Assembly (NCBI GenBank): GCA_046292385.1
Contig: JBKBRF010000010.1
Span: forward strand, 32,001 to 96,000
DNA from: Armatimonadota bacterium
GTDB lineage: Bacteria > Armatimonadota > SYMT01
Reading direction: 5' to 3'
DNA: 64,000 nucleotides
Position 1 is the first letter of the stretch; each line of letters opens with the position of its first letter. Of this stretch, positions 23,781 to 34,275 are shown one piece after another. The notes beneath the pieces are model-generated. The model was not told the DNA's origin. It saw nothing but the letters and a program-made list of their open reading frames with translations, and did not search any database. The translations under genes were made by a program, and so were the position numbers.

Positions 23781-25166
23781 CTAGTATTCCCGCTTGACCG
23801 TGACGCCCGGCTGCGGCTTCGGATAGTGGCCGTTGGCATCCGACGGCAGCGGCGCGGGGGAGTTGCGGGTCAGCTTGTCGAGGCCCGGAGCGAACTCGTG
23901 CTCGTGGTTGAGCATCTCGTCGAAGGTGACCTCCTGGCCCGTGTGCGCCGCCATGCGGCCCATGCTGGTCGCCACGCTCGCCTCCACGCCGCGCTTCACC
24001 TCGTTGTAAGGCTTATCGTTGCGGATGGCGCTCATCAGCGCGTCCCACTCGTTCTGGTACGGGTTGCTGTTGTCCTTCGACTCCCAGACCAGGTTGGCGG
24101 GGTTGATGTTGTGGCCCTTGTAGATCGCCGAGGGCGCGCCGCAGTCGTTGGCGCGGGAGGCGATCGCGATCCCCTTGCTGCCGTGGAGGTAGCTGGAGTA
24201 GATCCCCTGCGCGCCGTGCACGCAGCGGCCGTCGAAGTAGAACTTCGTGCCGTCCCCGAAGGTGTACTCCACGGAGTAGGTGTCGAAGTTCTGGTCCACG
24301 AACGGCACGCCGTCCTTGGTCGCCTTGAAGTGCCGCCCGCCCAGCCCCTTCGCGCGGACCGGCCAGGAGTTCTTCATCCACGCGAGATGGTCGATGATGT
24401 GGATGTAGAAGTCGCTGTAGTTGCCGCCGCTCGCCCACAGGAAGCTGTGGAAGCGCCGGATCTGGTAGTCCAGGTCGCTCATGTTCGCCGGCTTGGGGGT
24501 CGACTCGAAGAAGCCGGCCGGCGCGTGCATGCGGTAGCCGCGCATCAGGATGATGTCGCCGAGCTCGCCGTTCTGAACCCGCTGGTGCAGCTCCTGGAGC
24601 GGGCGGGCGTGGCGGGACATGAGGCCGACGCCGCATTTCAGCTTCTTGGCCGACGCCTGCTCCGCCAGCTGGATCATCCGCTTGCTGGTGGGGCCGTCCA
24701 CCGTGACCGGCTTCTCCATGAAGACGTTGAGCCCCTTGGAGATGGCGTACTGGAAGTGGACCCACCGGAACGCCGGCGGGGTGGTGAGGATCACCACGTC
24801 TCCCGGCTTCAGGCTGTCCATCGCTTCCTTGTAGGCGTCGAAGCCGATGAAGCGGCGGTCCTGCGGCACGTCGACCTGCTTCTCCGCCGCCTGGCTCAGG
24901 CCCGCGTAGCTGGCGTTCAGGCGGTCCTGGTAGGCATCCGCCATCGCCGTCAGCTTGACCGGCCCCTGCTTGCTCGTGGCAAGGGCGTTCATGGCGGCGC
25001 CGCTGCCGCGGCCGCCGCAGCCCACGAGGGCTACCTGGACTTCTTCGCTGCCCTGCGCGTGGACGGCAGGGATCGCCACTCCGGCGAGGGCGCCGGCGGC
25101 GGCCACGCCCCCGGCGGTCTTCAGGAGGTCGCGCCGCGAAGGCAATGCGTTCTCATTCTGGTTCAT
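23781..25166 (-). CDS. Tat-exported Gfo/Idh/MocA oxidoreductase
   Basis: SRRDLLK Tat motif, GCGGRG, VFMEKP, HIID. Confidence 0.9.
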   Translation of the reverse strand: MNQNENALPSRRDLLKTAGGVAAAGALAGVAIPAVHAQGSEEVQVALVGCGGRGSGAAMNALATSKQGPVKLTAMADAYQDRLNASYAGLSQAAEKQVDVPQDRRFIGFDAYKEAMDSLKPGDVVILTTPPAFRWVHFQYAISKGLNVFMEKPVTVDGPTSKRMIQLAEQASAKKLKCGVGLMSRHARPLQELHQRVQNGELGDIILMRGYRMHAPAGFFESTPKPANMSDLDYQIRRFHSFLWASGGNYSDFYIHIIDHLAWMKNSWPVRAKGLGGRHFKATKDGVPFVDQNFDTYSVEYTFGDGTKFYFDGRCVHGAQGIYSSYLHGSKGIAIASRANDCGAPSAIYKGHNINPANLVWESKDNSNPYQNEWDALMSAIRNDKPYNEVKRGVEASVATSMGRMAAHTGQEVTFDEMLNHEHEFAPGLDKLTRNSPAPLPSDANGHYPKPQPGVTVKREY

Positions 25167-25689
25167 CGGTGATCTATTCCTCGAGTGCCGAAGCCGCGGA
25201 CGACTTCGCGATTGGCAGGGATCAAGAGGCCATTGCCAACAGGTTCATTCGACGGAGGCCGAACGTCCTCCGTCCACGTCACCCCGCCGGGGAGCGCAGG
25301 GAGGGTGGGCTCCTTCGCTACAACGCTGCTATTTCGCCGCCAGCGAACGAGCTTCCTGTCTCACACGCCGCGCCCGGCCCGGGCGGACCGGCGCGCCACT
25401 GCTCTGACAACCAGAATACGAGTTCCGTTCCTAGCGCGAATGCAGTGATTTCGCGGCTTTTGACGCTCGCACCGTCCGGCTGGCGCCGGCTCCCTCGACC
25501 CTCGACGGAACGTTCAGGTTTGGCAGCCTCCCCCGGGTGAGCATCACCCTTCTAAGGAGACGTCCAGCCGGTTCCGATCAACACCCGGAACCGCCGCTGG
25601 TTTTCACAGTCCTGCGCCGCGCCAGCGATCCGCCTCGCCAGCGCTCATCGGGCGGTGGGGCCGTGATCATCCCATCTGGTCCCCCACCC

Positions 25690-27189
25690 ATGAGCAGCTA
25701 TCAGAATCGGTCTCTCGAGGCACCCGCCGCCACCGGCATTCCGGGTCTGGATCAGATCCTGCGCGGCGGTTTTCCGCGAAACCACCTCTACCTGGTGGAC
25801 GGTCACCCGGGGACGGGCAAGACCACCCTCGGGCTTCGTTTTCTCCTGGAAGGAGTGCAGCAGGGGGAGGCGTGTCTCTACATCACGCTCTCCGAAACCC
25901 GGCGAGAGCTGCAGGGCGTGGCAGCTTCACACGGTATCTCGCTCGACGGTCTGGAGGTCTTTGAGCTGGTGGCCTCGGAGGAGACGCTGCAGGGAGACCG
26001 CCAGTACACCATGTTCCACGCCGCGGAAGTGGAGCTGAGCGAAACGACCCGCGAGGTGCTGGCGGAAGTCGAGCGCGTAAAGCCGGCGCGGATCGTCTTC
26101 GACTCGCTCTCGGAGATGCGTCTGCTGGCGCAGAACTCGCTCCGCTACCGAAAGCAGATCCTGGCGCTGAAACAGTTCTTCGCCGGCCGGGACATCACCG
26201 TGCTGTTCCTCGATGACCGCACCGCGGACATGACCGACCGTCAGGTCGAGAGCATCGCGCACGGGGTGTTGACCCTGGAGCAGATCCCGCTGGCTTACGG
26301 CTCCGATCGACGCCGCCTGCGTATCCGCAAGCTGCGAGGGGTCGACTTCCATGGAGGTTACCACGACTTCATCATCGAGCGAGGCGGGCTCGCCGTCTTC
26401 CCTCGCCTGGTAGCGGCGGAGCATTCGCAGGAGTACACCCGAGAGCTCGTGAAGAGCGGCATCCCGGAGTTGGATCAGCTCCTGGGCGGTGGGCTCAACC
26501 GGGGGTCGAGCGCGCTGCTGCTCGGACCGTCCGGCGTGGGGAAATCGAGCATCGCGACACAGTACGCCTCGGCCGCCGCCGACCGGGGAGAGCACGCGGT
26601 CGTCTTCTCGTTCGAAGAAATGATCGAGAGCTTTTGCGATCGCTCCAAAGCGTTCGGGATGAATCTGGAGAGACATCTCGAGAGCGGGCAGCTCGAGGTC
26701 CGGCAGATCGACCCCGCGGAGCTCTGCCCCGGCGAGCTGGTCCACGCCATCCGGGAGGCGGTGGAGACCCGCGGCGCTACCGTGGTGGTCCTCGACAGCC
26801 TGAACGGCTACCTCACCTCGATGCCGGAAGAGCAGTTCCTGCTGGCGCAGCTCCACGAGCTGCTGACCTATCTCGCCAGACAGGGGGTGCTGACGATCCT
26901 GGTGGTGGCGCAGCACGGCCTCGTCGGCACCATGCACTCCCCCGTCGACACGAGCTATCTGGCCGACTCGGTGATCCTCCTTCGGTTCTTCGAAGCAGAG
27001 GCGGCGGTTCATCAGGCGATCTCCGTCATGAAGAAGCGGCGCGGCCGGCACGAGCGGACGATTCGCGAGCTCACTTTCGAGAACGGCATTCACGTCGGCC
27101 CCCCGCTGCTGAACTTCCACGGGGTTCTAACCGGCATCCCCCAGGTACTGGCGCGGCGCAAGCCCACCCCCGAGTTGGACGAGCTGTGA
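25690..27189 (+). CDS. KaiC-like double RecA-domain ATPase
   Basis: Two Walker A motifs GHPGTGKT and GPSGVGKS; KLRG and KKRRG; SYLAD at the KaiC phospho-site position. Confidence 0.9.
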   Translation: MSSYQNRSLEAPAATGIPGLDQILRGGFPRNHLYLVDGHPGTGKTTLGLRFLLEGVQQGEACLYITLSETRRELQGVAASHGISLDGLEVFELVASEETLQGDRQYTMFHAAEVELSETTREVLAEVERVKPARIVFDSLSEMRLLAQNSLRYRKQILALKQFFAGRDITVLFLDDRTADMTDRQVESIAHGVLTLEQIPLAYGSDRRRLRIRKLRGVDFHGGYHDFIIERGGLAVFPRLVAAEHSQEYTRELVKSGIPELDQLLGGGLNRGSSALLLGPSGVGKSSIATQYASAAADRGEHAVVFSFEEMIESFCDRSKAFGMNLERHLESGQLEVRQIDPAELCPGELVHAIREAVETRGATVVVLDSLNGYLTSMPEEQFLLAQLHELLTYLARQGVLTILVVAQHGLVGTMHSPVDTSYLADSVILLRFFEAEAAVHQAISVMKKRRGRHERTIRELTFENGIHVGPPLLNFHGVLTGIPQVLARRKPTPELDEL

Positions 27190-28787
27190 GCGGACTCAGC
27201 AGCGAAGACCGGGTGCTGGTGCTCACCCCCACCCGCCAGGACGGAGAGCTGACGCGGAGCATCCTCACGGGTGCCGGCCTCTCCTGCGAGCTGTTCGCTG
27301 ATCTGGGAGCGCTCTGCCGGACTGCACAGACCGAGGGCGCCGGAGCCGTCGTCCTCACCGAGGAAGCGATCTCTTCCCCGGAGATGACCTGCCTCACGGC
27401 CCTACTCGAGCGGCAGCCGGCCTGGTCTGAGCTGCCGCTCCTGGTACTTACCTACGGCGGAATGGACTCGCCGGGCGGAGAGTGGGCACTTGACATTCTC
27501 CCGGGAGCGGTGCTGATCGATCGCCCGGTGCGGATCGCCACGCTGGTCAGCGCCGTACGCTCCGCCATCGCCTCCCGGCGGCGGCAATACCAGATCCGCG
27601 ACCACCTGGACGAGCGGGCGAGACAGGCGGAAGCGCTCCAATGCGTTACCAGTGACCTCCGGGATGCCTCCCGGTCGAAAGACGACTTCCTGGCGATGCT
27701 CGCCCACGAGCTCCGGAACCCCCTGTCGCCTATCGCCGCCGCCGCACAGATCCTTGGCAGCCATTGCCCCACCGATCCCGTCATCGCCCGCCAGCGAGAG
27801 GTGATCGTCCGCCAGACCGGGCACCTCACCCGGCTGCTGGACGACTTGCTCGACGTCTCCCGGATCACCCGCGGCAAGGTGGAGCTCCAGCGCCAGTCCC
27901 TCGATCTGCGGACGGTAGTCAGCCAGGCGCTGGAAGCAGCGCAGCCGCTCATCCAGGCAGCGGGCCACGAGCTGTCGCTCCAGCTTCCACCTGAGCGCGT
28001 TCCCGTGGAAGGAGATGACGTGCGCCTCTGCCAGGTGGTGACCAATCTCTTGACTAACGCGGCCAAATACACGGAGCCGGGCGGGCGCATCGTGGTCCGG
28101 CTTATCTGCCACGAGGACCACGCTTTGCTCACCGTCCGCGACACCGGACGCGGCATTGAGCCGGACCTGCTGCCGCGGGTGTTCGACCTGTTTCGGCAGG
28201 GCGCGCGGGGCCTCGGGCGGGAACAGGGAGGGCTCGGAGTGGGCCTCACGCTGGTCCAGCGCCTGACGCGGATGCACGGCGGAACGGTGCAGGTCCGAAG
28301 CGAGGGGCCGGGCCGCGGCAGCGAGTTCGAAGTGTGGCTCCCCCTGGCCGCGGCTGCGACGCCACCCGAGGAGATGCCGGCACCGGCGCGCCGGCGGGGA
28401 GACCGTGCCAGTGTCCGACGGGTCTTGATCGTCGACGACAATCGAGACGCCGTTGAAACCGCCGCCGAGCTCGTGAGCCTCTGGAACTACGAAGTCCGGA
28501 CCGCCGGAAGCGGGTTCGAGGCGCTGGCGGCGGCCGCCGAGTTCCGGCCGGACGTGGTGCTGCTCGACATTGGCATGCCGGTGATGGACGGCTTTGAGGT
28601 GGCGAGGCGACTCCGGGAGCATCCCGCCACCAGCGCCTCGCGGCTCGTCGCGCTGACCGGCTACGGCCAGGAAGAGGACCGGCAGCGGACCGCCGCCGCC
28701 GGCTTCTCGGACCACCTCACCAAGCCGCTCGAGCCGGCGCTGTTAGAGCGGCTCCTCGCCGGCGGTAGGGACGACCTACCAGCCTGA
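27186..28787 (+). CDS. Hybrid sensor histidine kinase/response regulator
   Basis: LAHELRNPL, NLLTNAAKY, DTGRG, GLGVGL, receiver LLDIGMP; GTG overlaps the KaiC-like stop. Confidence 0.92.
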   Translation: MSGLSSEDRVLVLTPTRQDGELTRSILTGAGLSCELFADLGALCRTAQTEGAGAVVLTEEAISSPEMTCLTALLERQPAWSELPLLVLTYGGMDSPGGEWALDILPGAVLIDRPVRIATLVSAVRSAIASRRRQYQIRDHLDERARQAEALQCVTSDLRDASRSKDDFLAMLAHELRNPLSPIAAAAQILGSHCPTDPVIARQREVIVRQTGHLTRLLDDLLDVSRITRGKVELQRQSLDLRTVVSQALEAAQPLIQAAGHELSLQLPPERVPVEGDDVRLCQVVTNLLTNAAKYTEPGGRIVVRLICHEDHALLTVRDTGRGIEPDLLPRVFDLFRQGARGLGREQGGLGVGLTLVQRLTRMHGGTVQVRSEGPGRGSEFEVWLPLAAAATPPEEMPAPARRRGDRASVRRVLIVDDNRDAVETAAELVSLWNYEVRTAGSGFEALAAAAEFRPDVVLLDIGMPVMDGFEVARRLREHPATSASRLVALTGYGQEEDRQRTAAAGFSDHLTKPLEPALLERLLAGGRDDLPA

Positions 28788-29018
28788 GCGGGAGCCACTC
28801 GGCGCCTCGGCGGCCGCTCCACGAGCATGGGGAGCAGGGACCTGTCACGGCTCAGGCGCGCGCCGAGTCCCGAAAGCTCATCCTACACTCAAATCAGACA
28901 CTCCTACCCAGGCATTTGAGTTTTCCAGATGATTGTTGCCGGATACCCTGGAGATAAGGGTCCGGCAGCCTCTCACCCGCAAGCCCCGGCGAAGCCACCG
29001 GACCTGGGGAGAGTCGAC

Positions 29019-29603
29019 ATGCGTCCCCGTCGAAGGCTTCCGCAGCGGTCCGAAGCCGAAGTCCACCGGCTGGTGCTGGAGCACCGCTCCCTGGTGGAGT
29101 GGACCGTCAGCCGCTACCTGTGCCAGCACTCGCTGCTCGGCGCGGAGCGGGAGGATCTCGTCTCCTGGGGCCTGATCGGCCTGCTCGCCGCGGCGAGAGC
29201 GTTCGACCCCGGCCGGGCGCGGCAGTTTTCCACCCTGGCCGTCGTGTCGATCGAACGGCAGGTGATCCGCGGCGCAAGACGGGCACGCCGGGGACAGGCC
29301 TCGCTGGTGAGCTTCGACGCGCCGCCGTCCGCCGCCGGAACGGGCGGCCCCTCGTGGGAGAGCGTGCCGGACGAGCGGAGCGATCGCGAGCTCGCCCGGG
29401 TGGAGCGAAGCGCGCTGCTGCGGGAGGCGATGGACCAGCTCTCGCCGGATCAGCGCGCGCTGATCCAGTCGCACTTCTTCCAGGGCCGGTCGCTGACCGA
29501 CCTCGCGTGCGAGGCCGGGCTCCCTTACTACACGCTCGCAAACCGCCTCCGGGCGGCGCTCCGCGTGCTCCGCGCCAACCTGGAGGACGCCTGGGCTCCC
29601 TAA
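29019..29603 (+). CDS. Short sigma-70 family factor with group 3-like region 2
   Basis: EDLVSWGLIGLLAAARAFDPGR..FST; region 4 LSPDQRALI. Confidence 0.75.
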   Translation: MRPRRRLPQRSEAEVHRLVLEHRSLVEWTVSRYLCQHSLLGAEREDLVSWGLIGLLAAARAFDPGRARQFSTLAVVSIERQVIRGARRARRGQASLVSFDAPPSAAGTGGPSWESVPDERSDRELARVERSALLREAMDQLSPDQRALIQSHFFQGRSLTDLACEAGLPYYTLANRLRAALRVLRANLEDAWAP

Positions 29604-29607
29604 AAGA

Positions 29608-29638
29608 TCCGGCGGCGGGTAAACAACCCGCCGCCGGA
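29608..29638. terminator. Bidirectional hairpin terminator
   Basis: Perfect 13-bp stem TCCGGCGGCGGGT/ACCCGCCGCCGGA between convergent stops. Confidence 0.7.
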
Positions 29639-29650
29639 CAAGCTTCGACC

Positions 29651-30928
29651 TCAGCGGGTCTTGGCCGGGATGCTGAAGAGGTGCTTCTCGCTGCGGAGGA
29701 GGAGCGAGTCTCCGGCGGGCACCGGGGAGGCGACGATCCGCTCGCCCATCACGTTCTCGCTCAACAGCTCGAACTTCTCTTCCACGCGCGCGGCGAAGAC
29801 GGTGCCGTCTTCCCGGGCGGCGTAGAGGATGCCGTTGGCGATCACCGGCGAGGAGTAGAAGCTGCTGCGGTGGCGCGGGAACTCGCCTTCCCAGAGCGTC
29901 TTGCCGGTGGCGGGATCGACGCAGACCACGCCGCCGCGGTGCCGCAGCAGGTAGACCTTGCCCTTGTACTCCACCGGCGTGCTGCAGAAGACGCCCACGT
30001 CGTCCCGCTCCCAGGCGCGGTGCGTGGCGGTCACGTCGCCGCTGCCGCCCAGCCGCACCCCGAAGAGCGACGCCTGGCCCGGCCGGTCATCCCGCCCCAC
30101 CGGCAGCACGACCATGTCGTCGTGGATCACCGGGGACGCGATGGCGGGCCAGTTCTTCATGGCTTTCGGGTTGAAGCCGCCGCACGACCAGAGCAGCGCA
30201 CCGTTCTCCGCGGAGTGCGCGGTCAGGTGGTCCGACCCCCACAGCAGGAGCGCCGGCTTACCCTGGTGCCGGAAAAGGACCGGCGTGGTGTAGCCGTTGT
30301 CGTTCTCCGCCGGCACTTCGTAGTTGCGCGGCTGCAGCCAGCGCTGCTCGCCGGTCTTCTTATCGAAGGCGGCCACCCACGACTCGCCGTGGTGCATCCG
30401 GGTGATGATCACCTGGTCTCCCGCCAGCATCGGCGAGCTGCCGGTGTCCCAGTAGAGCTCTTCCGGTCCGAACTTCTCGTCCAGGTTGATCTGCCAGCGG
30501 ACCTGGCCGTCCAGCCCCAGCGCGGCCAGCCGGCCGCTCCGGAACCGCGCGAAGAGCGACTCCCCGTCGGTCACGGGCGAAGCGTTGCAGCTGGAGGCGA
30601 GCGTCCGGTGCCGCGGCGGGCTCTCCGGTCCGAGCTTCGTGAGCCACAACTGCTTGCCGCTGCGGTCGAGCGCCAGCACCGCGTCCTGGCCCTCCGCCGG
30701 AGTGGTGAGGTAGATCCGGTCGTTCGCCACGATCGGCGTGGAGACGCCCATGCCGGGGAGCGCCACCTTCCAGCGGGCATCTTCCGGGGTCCACTGCGTC
30801 GGATAGCTGCCGCGCGTGGTGCTGCCGCTGGAGGAGGGGCCGCGCCAGGCGGGCCAGTCGCCCGGCTTCGGGGCCGCCATCGCCGCGGCGGCGAGCAGGG
30901 CGCTGAGGCTGAGAATCGCGATCTTCAT
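29651..30928 (-). CDS. Secreted PQQ-binding-like (BamB-type) beta-propeller protein
   Basis: Signal peptide, DWPAWRGP, repeated SSP/TP and GxxLW motifs. Confidence 0.85.
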   Translation of the reverse strand: MKIAILSLSALLAAAAMAAPKPGDWPAWRGPSSSGSTTRGSYPTQWTPEDARWKVALPGMGVSTPIVANDRIYLTTPAEGQDAVLALDRSGKQLWLTKLGPESPPRHRTLASSCNASPVTDGESLFARFRSGRLAALGLDGQVRWQINLDEKFGPEELYWDTGSSPMLAGDQVIITRMHHGESWVAAFDKKTGEQRWLQPRNYEVPAENDNGYTTPVLFRHQGKPALLLWGSDHLTAHSAENGALLWSCGGFNPKAMKNWPAIASPVIHDDMVVLPVGRDDRPGQASLFGVRLGGSGDVTATHRAWERDDVGVFCSTPVEYKGKVYLLRHRGGVVCVDPATGKTLWEGEFPRHRSSFYSSPVIANGILYAAREDGTVFAARVEEKFELLSENVMGERIVASPVPAGDSLLLRSEKHLFSIPAKTR

Positions 30929-31203
30929 GGGGCTCCCTCTCCTGCGTCTGGACACCACTCTCGCGAAGTAGAGGCGGAGTCATCGCTCAACCGGTTCGAG
31001 CAGCGTTGGCGCGCCAACGCTGTGGTTCGATTCGCGGGCCGACCGGCCGCGTCCTTCCTCTCCTACGACACTCCAACGTATGGCAATTCCTCCGCAGGAA
31101 TTATGGGCTCTCCGGCCGGTGCGGACCCGGGAGCAGCCGGGGGGAGCGGGCGTGGAGCGTCGCCCGGACGGCATGCCGCGCTCGCGGCAGGAGAAGGCAT
31201 CGA

Positions 31204-32271
31204 TCAGTCCGGTGAGGAAAACGCCGCTTTGGCGTCCAGGCTGAGTCGCCGATTGCCGCCGCGCTCCCGGATCTGCAGCTTGCCCCCGTCGTACTCCACC
31301 CGCTCCACGCCCTCGAAGCCTGCCGGCGTGCGCGCCAGGAACGCCGCGTAGCTGCGCGTGGCGCTCTCCCCGGCGTCGAGGTAGGTGTAGAGCGGCAGGT
31401 CGAAGATCCGCCCCTTCTTCACCAGCACCGGGAACGGCTGATGCAGCCCCGTGGTCCCGAACTCCAGCCCGCGCAGCGCCGGCCGGCCGTTCTCCACGTG
31501 ACGCCAGGCGTTGAACCAGGGGTAGTCCGCCGCCGGCCAGAGGTAGCCGATCAGCCGGCCCTGCTCCGGTGCGACCGCCGTGGTCCAGCCGTACCGGCCG
31601 GGCACCTCGAACGAGACGACGTTCGGGTTCGGGTCGTCCGCCAGCCGGCGCAGGTCGACCCGCTTCCCTTCGTGCAGCGCCCCCGGCCAGCGGACGGTCG
31701 GCTCCTCCGGGTTCGGCAGCGGGCTGCTCTGCATGAAGCCGCGCCGGGCGCCGGCGTCGACCCGTGTCTCGAGATCGAGGAACGGCGCGCCGATAGTCGG
31801 ATGCTGGACGATGTTGAAGATCCGGCCCAGCTTGTTCCGGTTGGTCACGGTCTCCCGCACCAGTACCAGCGGAGCGGAGTCCAGCATCCGGATCCGGCGC
31901 GTCACGGAGAGCCCGGCCAGCGGCAGCTCCGCCGCCATCTCCGCCTCGACGCCGCCGTCGGCGCGCACCGGCCCGCGGGTGAGCTTCCACTCCACTTTGG
32001 AGGCCTCGCCGTGGAACGGCATCCCGTGCTTCGCCTCCGCCTCCGTGGGCGGACCCCAGCGATCGAGGCAGAGGAAGTGCCCCATCCCCTGCAGCGGGTT
32101 GACCTGGTCGCCTGCCAGGCGGAAGTCGGTGAGCGTGCCGCCCTGGAGCGCCACCGTCAGCGAAGCGGCCCGGCTCTCCAGCCGTATCCCCGGCACTTTC
32201 GACGCCCTTGTCGAGCTGGGCACAGCGACGAGACCGAGGAGCAGCAGACCCCCTAACGCGACGTGTTTCAT
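31204..32271 (-). CDS. Secreted hypothetical protein, galactose mutarotase/aldose epimerase-like
   Basis: Signal peptide; MPFHGEA, VQHPT, GLEFGTTG. Confidence 0.6.
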   Translation of the reverse strand: MKHVALGGLLLLGLVAVPSSTRASKVPGIRLESRAASLTVALQGGTLTDFRLAGDQVNPLQGMGHFLCLDRWGPPTEAEAKHGMPFHGEASKVEWKLTRGPVRADGGVEAEMAAELPLAGLSVTRRIRMLDSAPLVLVRETVTNRNKLGRIFNIVQHPTIGAPFLDLETRVDAGARRGFMQSSPLPNPEEPTVRWPGALHEGKRVDLRRLADDPNPNVVSFEVPGRYGWTTAVAPEQGRLIGYLWPAADYPWFNAWRHVENGRPALRGLEFGTTGLHQPFPVLVKKGRIFDLPLYTYLDAGESATRSYAAFLARTPAGFEGVERVEYDGGKLQIRERGGNRRLSLDAKAAFSSPD

Positions 32272-32363
32272 CCGCCAACACCTTCCCGGCGGCATCCGCA
32301 TGCGCCGCTGGCGCTCTGTTCCGGAGTTTCCGGCCAGCCTCCTCCGACCCGTTGCGAACCGAG

Positions 32364-32633
32364 CTATCGTCCAAACCGCTGCAGCGAGCGGGCCTTCGCC
32401 TTCGCGGCCTCTTCCTCGCGGCTCTTGGGCGGCGCGGTCGTCTCCAGCGACGCGAGCAGCTCGCGGGAGAGGCGGGCGATCTCGTCGACCGCGCCCCGGA
32501 AGGCGGCTTCGTTTGCCTTCGAGGGGGCGTTAAAGCCGGTGATCTTACGGACGAACTGGAGCGAGGCGGCGTGGACCTCGTGGTCGGTCACCGGCGGCTC
32601 GAAGTTGAAGAGGGGTTTGATGTTCCTGCACAT
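32364..32633 (-). CDS. DUF2277-domain protein
   Basis: MCRNIKPLFNFEPP...ASLQFVRKITG. Confidence 0.85.
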   Translation of the reverse strand: MCRNIKPLFNFEPPVTDHEVHAASLQFVRKITGFNAPSKANEAAFRGAVDEIARLSRELLASLETTAPPKSREEEAAKAKARSLQRFGR

Positions 32634-32774
32634 GTCTCTGCTCCGAAGAATAGGTCGCCGGCGCGCCGGACCGCCGGCTTTCTGACCGGAGGCGGGCGGA
32701 GAACGCGGGCGAATAACGAGAGCTCTACGTGCGGGCCTCAATTGCTTGCCGCAGCGCAGCGTCGGTTCCGCGGA

Positions 32775-32992
32775 TCCGCCCCCGCGCCCTAGTCGGCCGA
32801 TCCACCGCGTGTGTGGCCCTCCCTCAGCCCTTTCACACTCCGCTTCGCTCCGTTAGCGGGCTGGTCCGGGCGTGCAGCCCGGTTCGCTTGTCCCCGCGTT
32901 CGAAAACTGCGTCTCTGACGTGGTGGCGGTTCACGGGCTGAATCGGCCGCCGTCGAGCGACCACCCCCGTCGCCCGGGGGTGGTCACAAGTG
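32775..32992. repeat. Diverged copy of the internal module of the 11568/40540 element, without recognisable ends
   Basis: CCTTTCACACTCCG...GGTTCACGGGC...GCGACCACCCC..GGGGTGGTCACAAGTG. Confidence 0.7.
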
Positions 32993-33167
32993 CTGTCCTC
33001 CGGCGCAGCCTTCGGCTGCCCCTCCGGACGCCCCGGGTGCGAGCTACGCCAAGCCCGGGAGCCTGGAGACCAAGCCGAAGGCTGCGGCAGGCATCGGCAG
33101 TCGCCGCCGGACAGTGCACACGCCGCGGCGCACGCGTGGGACATGCGCCGCGGCTCGTGCGACTGGC

Positions 33168-33629
33168 TTACGCTCCGGGGCAGCCTTCCGCCATCGCGGA
33201 GGCGGCGGCCTGCTGGAGCTCCTCCGGGGAGAGCTGCTTCACGGTGGTGGCGATCGACCACTTGTGGCCGAACGGGTCGACGAGCACGCCGTACCGGTCG
33301 CCCCAGAACTGGTCCGCCAGCGGCATCACCACCTGGCAGCCGGCGTCGACCGCCCGCTGCCAGGCGGCGTCGCAGTCCGCGACGTGGAGGTGGACCGAGA
33401 CGGTGCTGTTCCCGAGCGACTGCGGGCTGAGGGCGCCGAAGTCGGGGAATTCATCGACCAGGAAGACCGGCGAGCCGCCGATCATCACGCAGCCGTGCAT
33501 CACCTTGCCGTCCGGTCCCTTGATGACGTTGGGGTCGCCGTCGCCGAACGCTTTCGCGTAAAACGCGGCGGCCTCCTCGGCGTTGCGGCAGCAGAGATGG
33601 GGGATGATGCGGGTCGTAGCTTCAGACAT
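33168..33629 (-). CDS. VOC/PhnB-family protein
   Basis: AAAFYAKAFG, PLADQFWGDRYGVLVDPFGHKW. Confidence 0.9.
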   Translation of the reverse strand: MSEATTRIIPHLCCRNAEEAAAFYAKAFGDGDPNVIKGPDGKVMHGCVMIGGSPVFLVDEFPDFGALSPQSLGNSTVSVHLHVADCDAAWQRAVDAGCQVVMPLADQFWGDRYGVLVDPFGHKWSIATTVKQLSPEELQQAAASAMAEGCPGA

Positions 33630-33812
33630 GAGTTCTCCTCCGTAGCGTGTATCGTTGGTTTGTCGGGTCGCGCTCAACCGCGCGAGGTCTTCGCCGAGCG
33701 GGCGGTGCCTCTGCCGCTCAATAGAGGGTGCGTATCGTTCATCGCTCCGCTCGCGGAGCAGGTCTGACGGGCGTTAAGTGAGTACCGCCGCGTTCCCGGT
33801 CCGGTATGCCTG

Positions 33813-33864
33813 AGCCCGCGCAGGCGGGCTTCGCTCTCTGTAGCCTCGACTTCAGTCCGAGGCT
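33813..33864. repeat. REP-like repeat, GAAGCCCGCCTGCGCGGGCT family (also ~51558-51607 and ~49028-49079)
   Basis: AGCCCGCGCAGGCGGGCT palindrome plus a second small hairpin; three intergenic copies. Confidence 0.65.
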
Positions 33865-33893
33865 CGAATCTGGCGTCACTTCACGCCACGGCT

Positions 33894-34256
33894 TCAGCCC
33901 TGCTGCGGGAGCAGGGCGCTGATGTCGAGCACGGGCCGGATCTCGACGGTGCCCTTCTTCGCCATCGGGATCCGCTCGGCGATCGAGATCGCCTCGTCCA
34001 GGTCCTGCGCGTCGATCATGTAGAAGCCGCCAAGCTGCTCGCGGGTCTCCGCGAACGGCCCGTCGGTCACCAGCCGCCGGCCCTCGCGGACACGGACACT
34101 GGTGGCGGTAGCGACCGGGTGCAGCGGCGAGGCGGCGAGGAACTTCCCGGCGCGGTGCAGCTCGTGGGCAAGCTGCGACGACTCCCGGTAGCACGCCTCC
34201 CGCTCCTCCGGGTTCATGGCATCCTCGGCGCCGTAGATCAGCAGTAGGTACTTCAA
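33894..34256 (-). CDS. YciI/DGPF-family protein
   Basis: TDGPFAETREQLGGFY. Confidence 0.9.
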   Translation of the reverse strand: MKYLLLIYGAEDAMNPEEREACYRESSQLAHELHRAGKFLAASPLHPVATATSVRVREGRRLVTDGPFAETREQLGGFYMIDAQDLDEAISIAERIPMAKKGTVEIRPVLDISALLPQQG

Positions 34257-34275
34257 CGGTTCAACTCCACTCTTC

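Noticed and set aside
25690..27189. A true circadian clock
   Set aside because: No kaiA/kaiB in the window and the ST phospho-site motif is not conserved.
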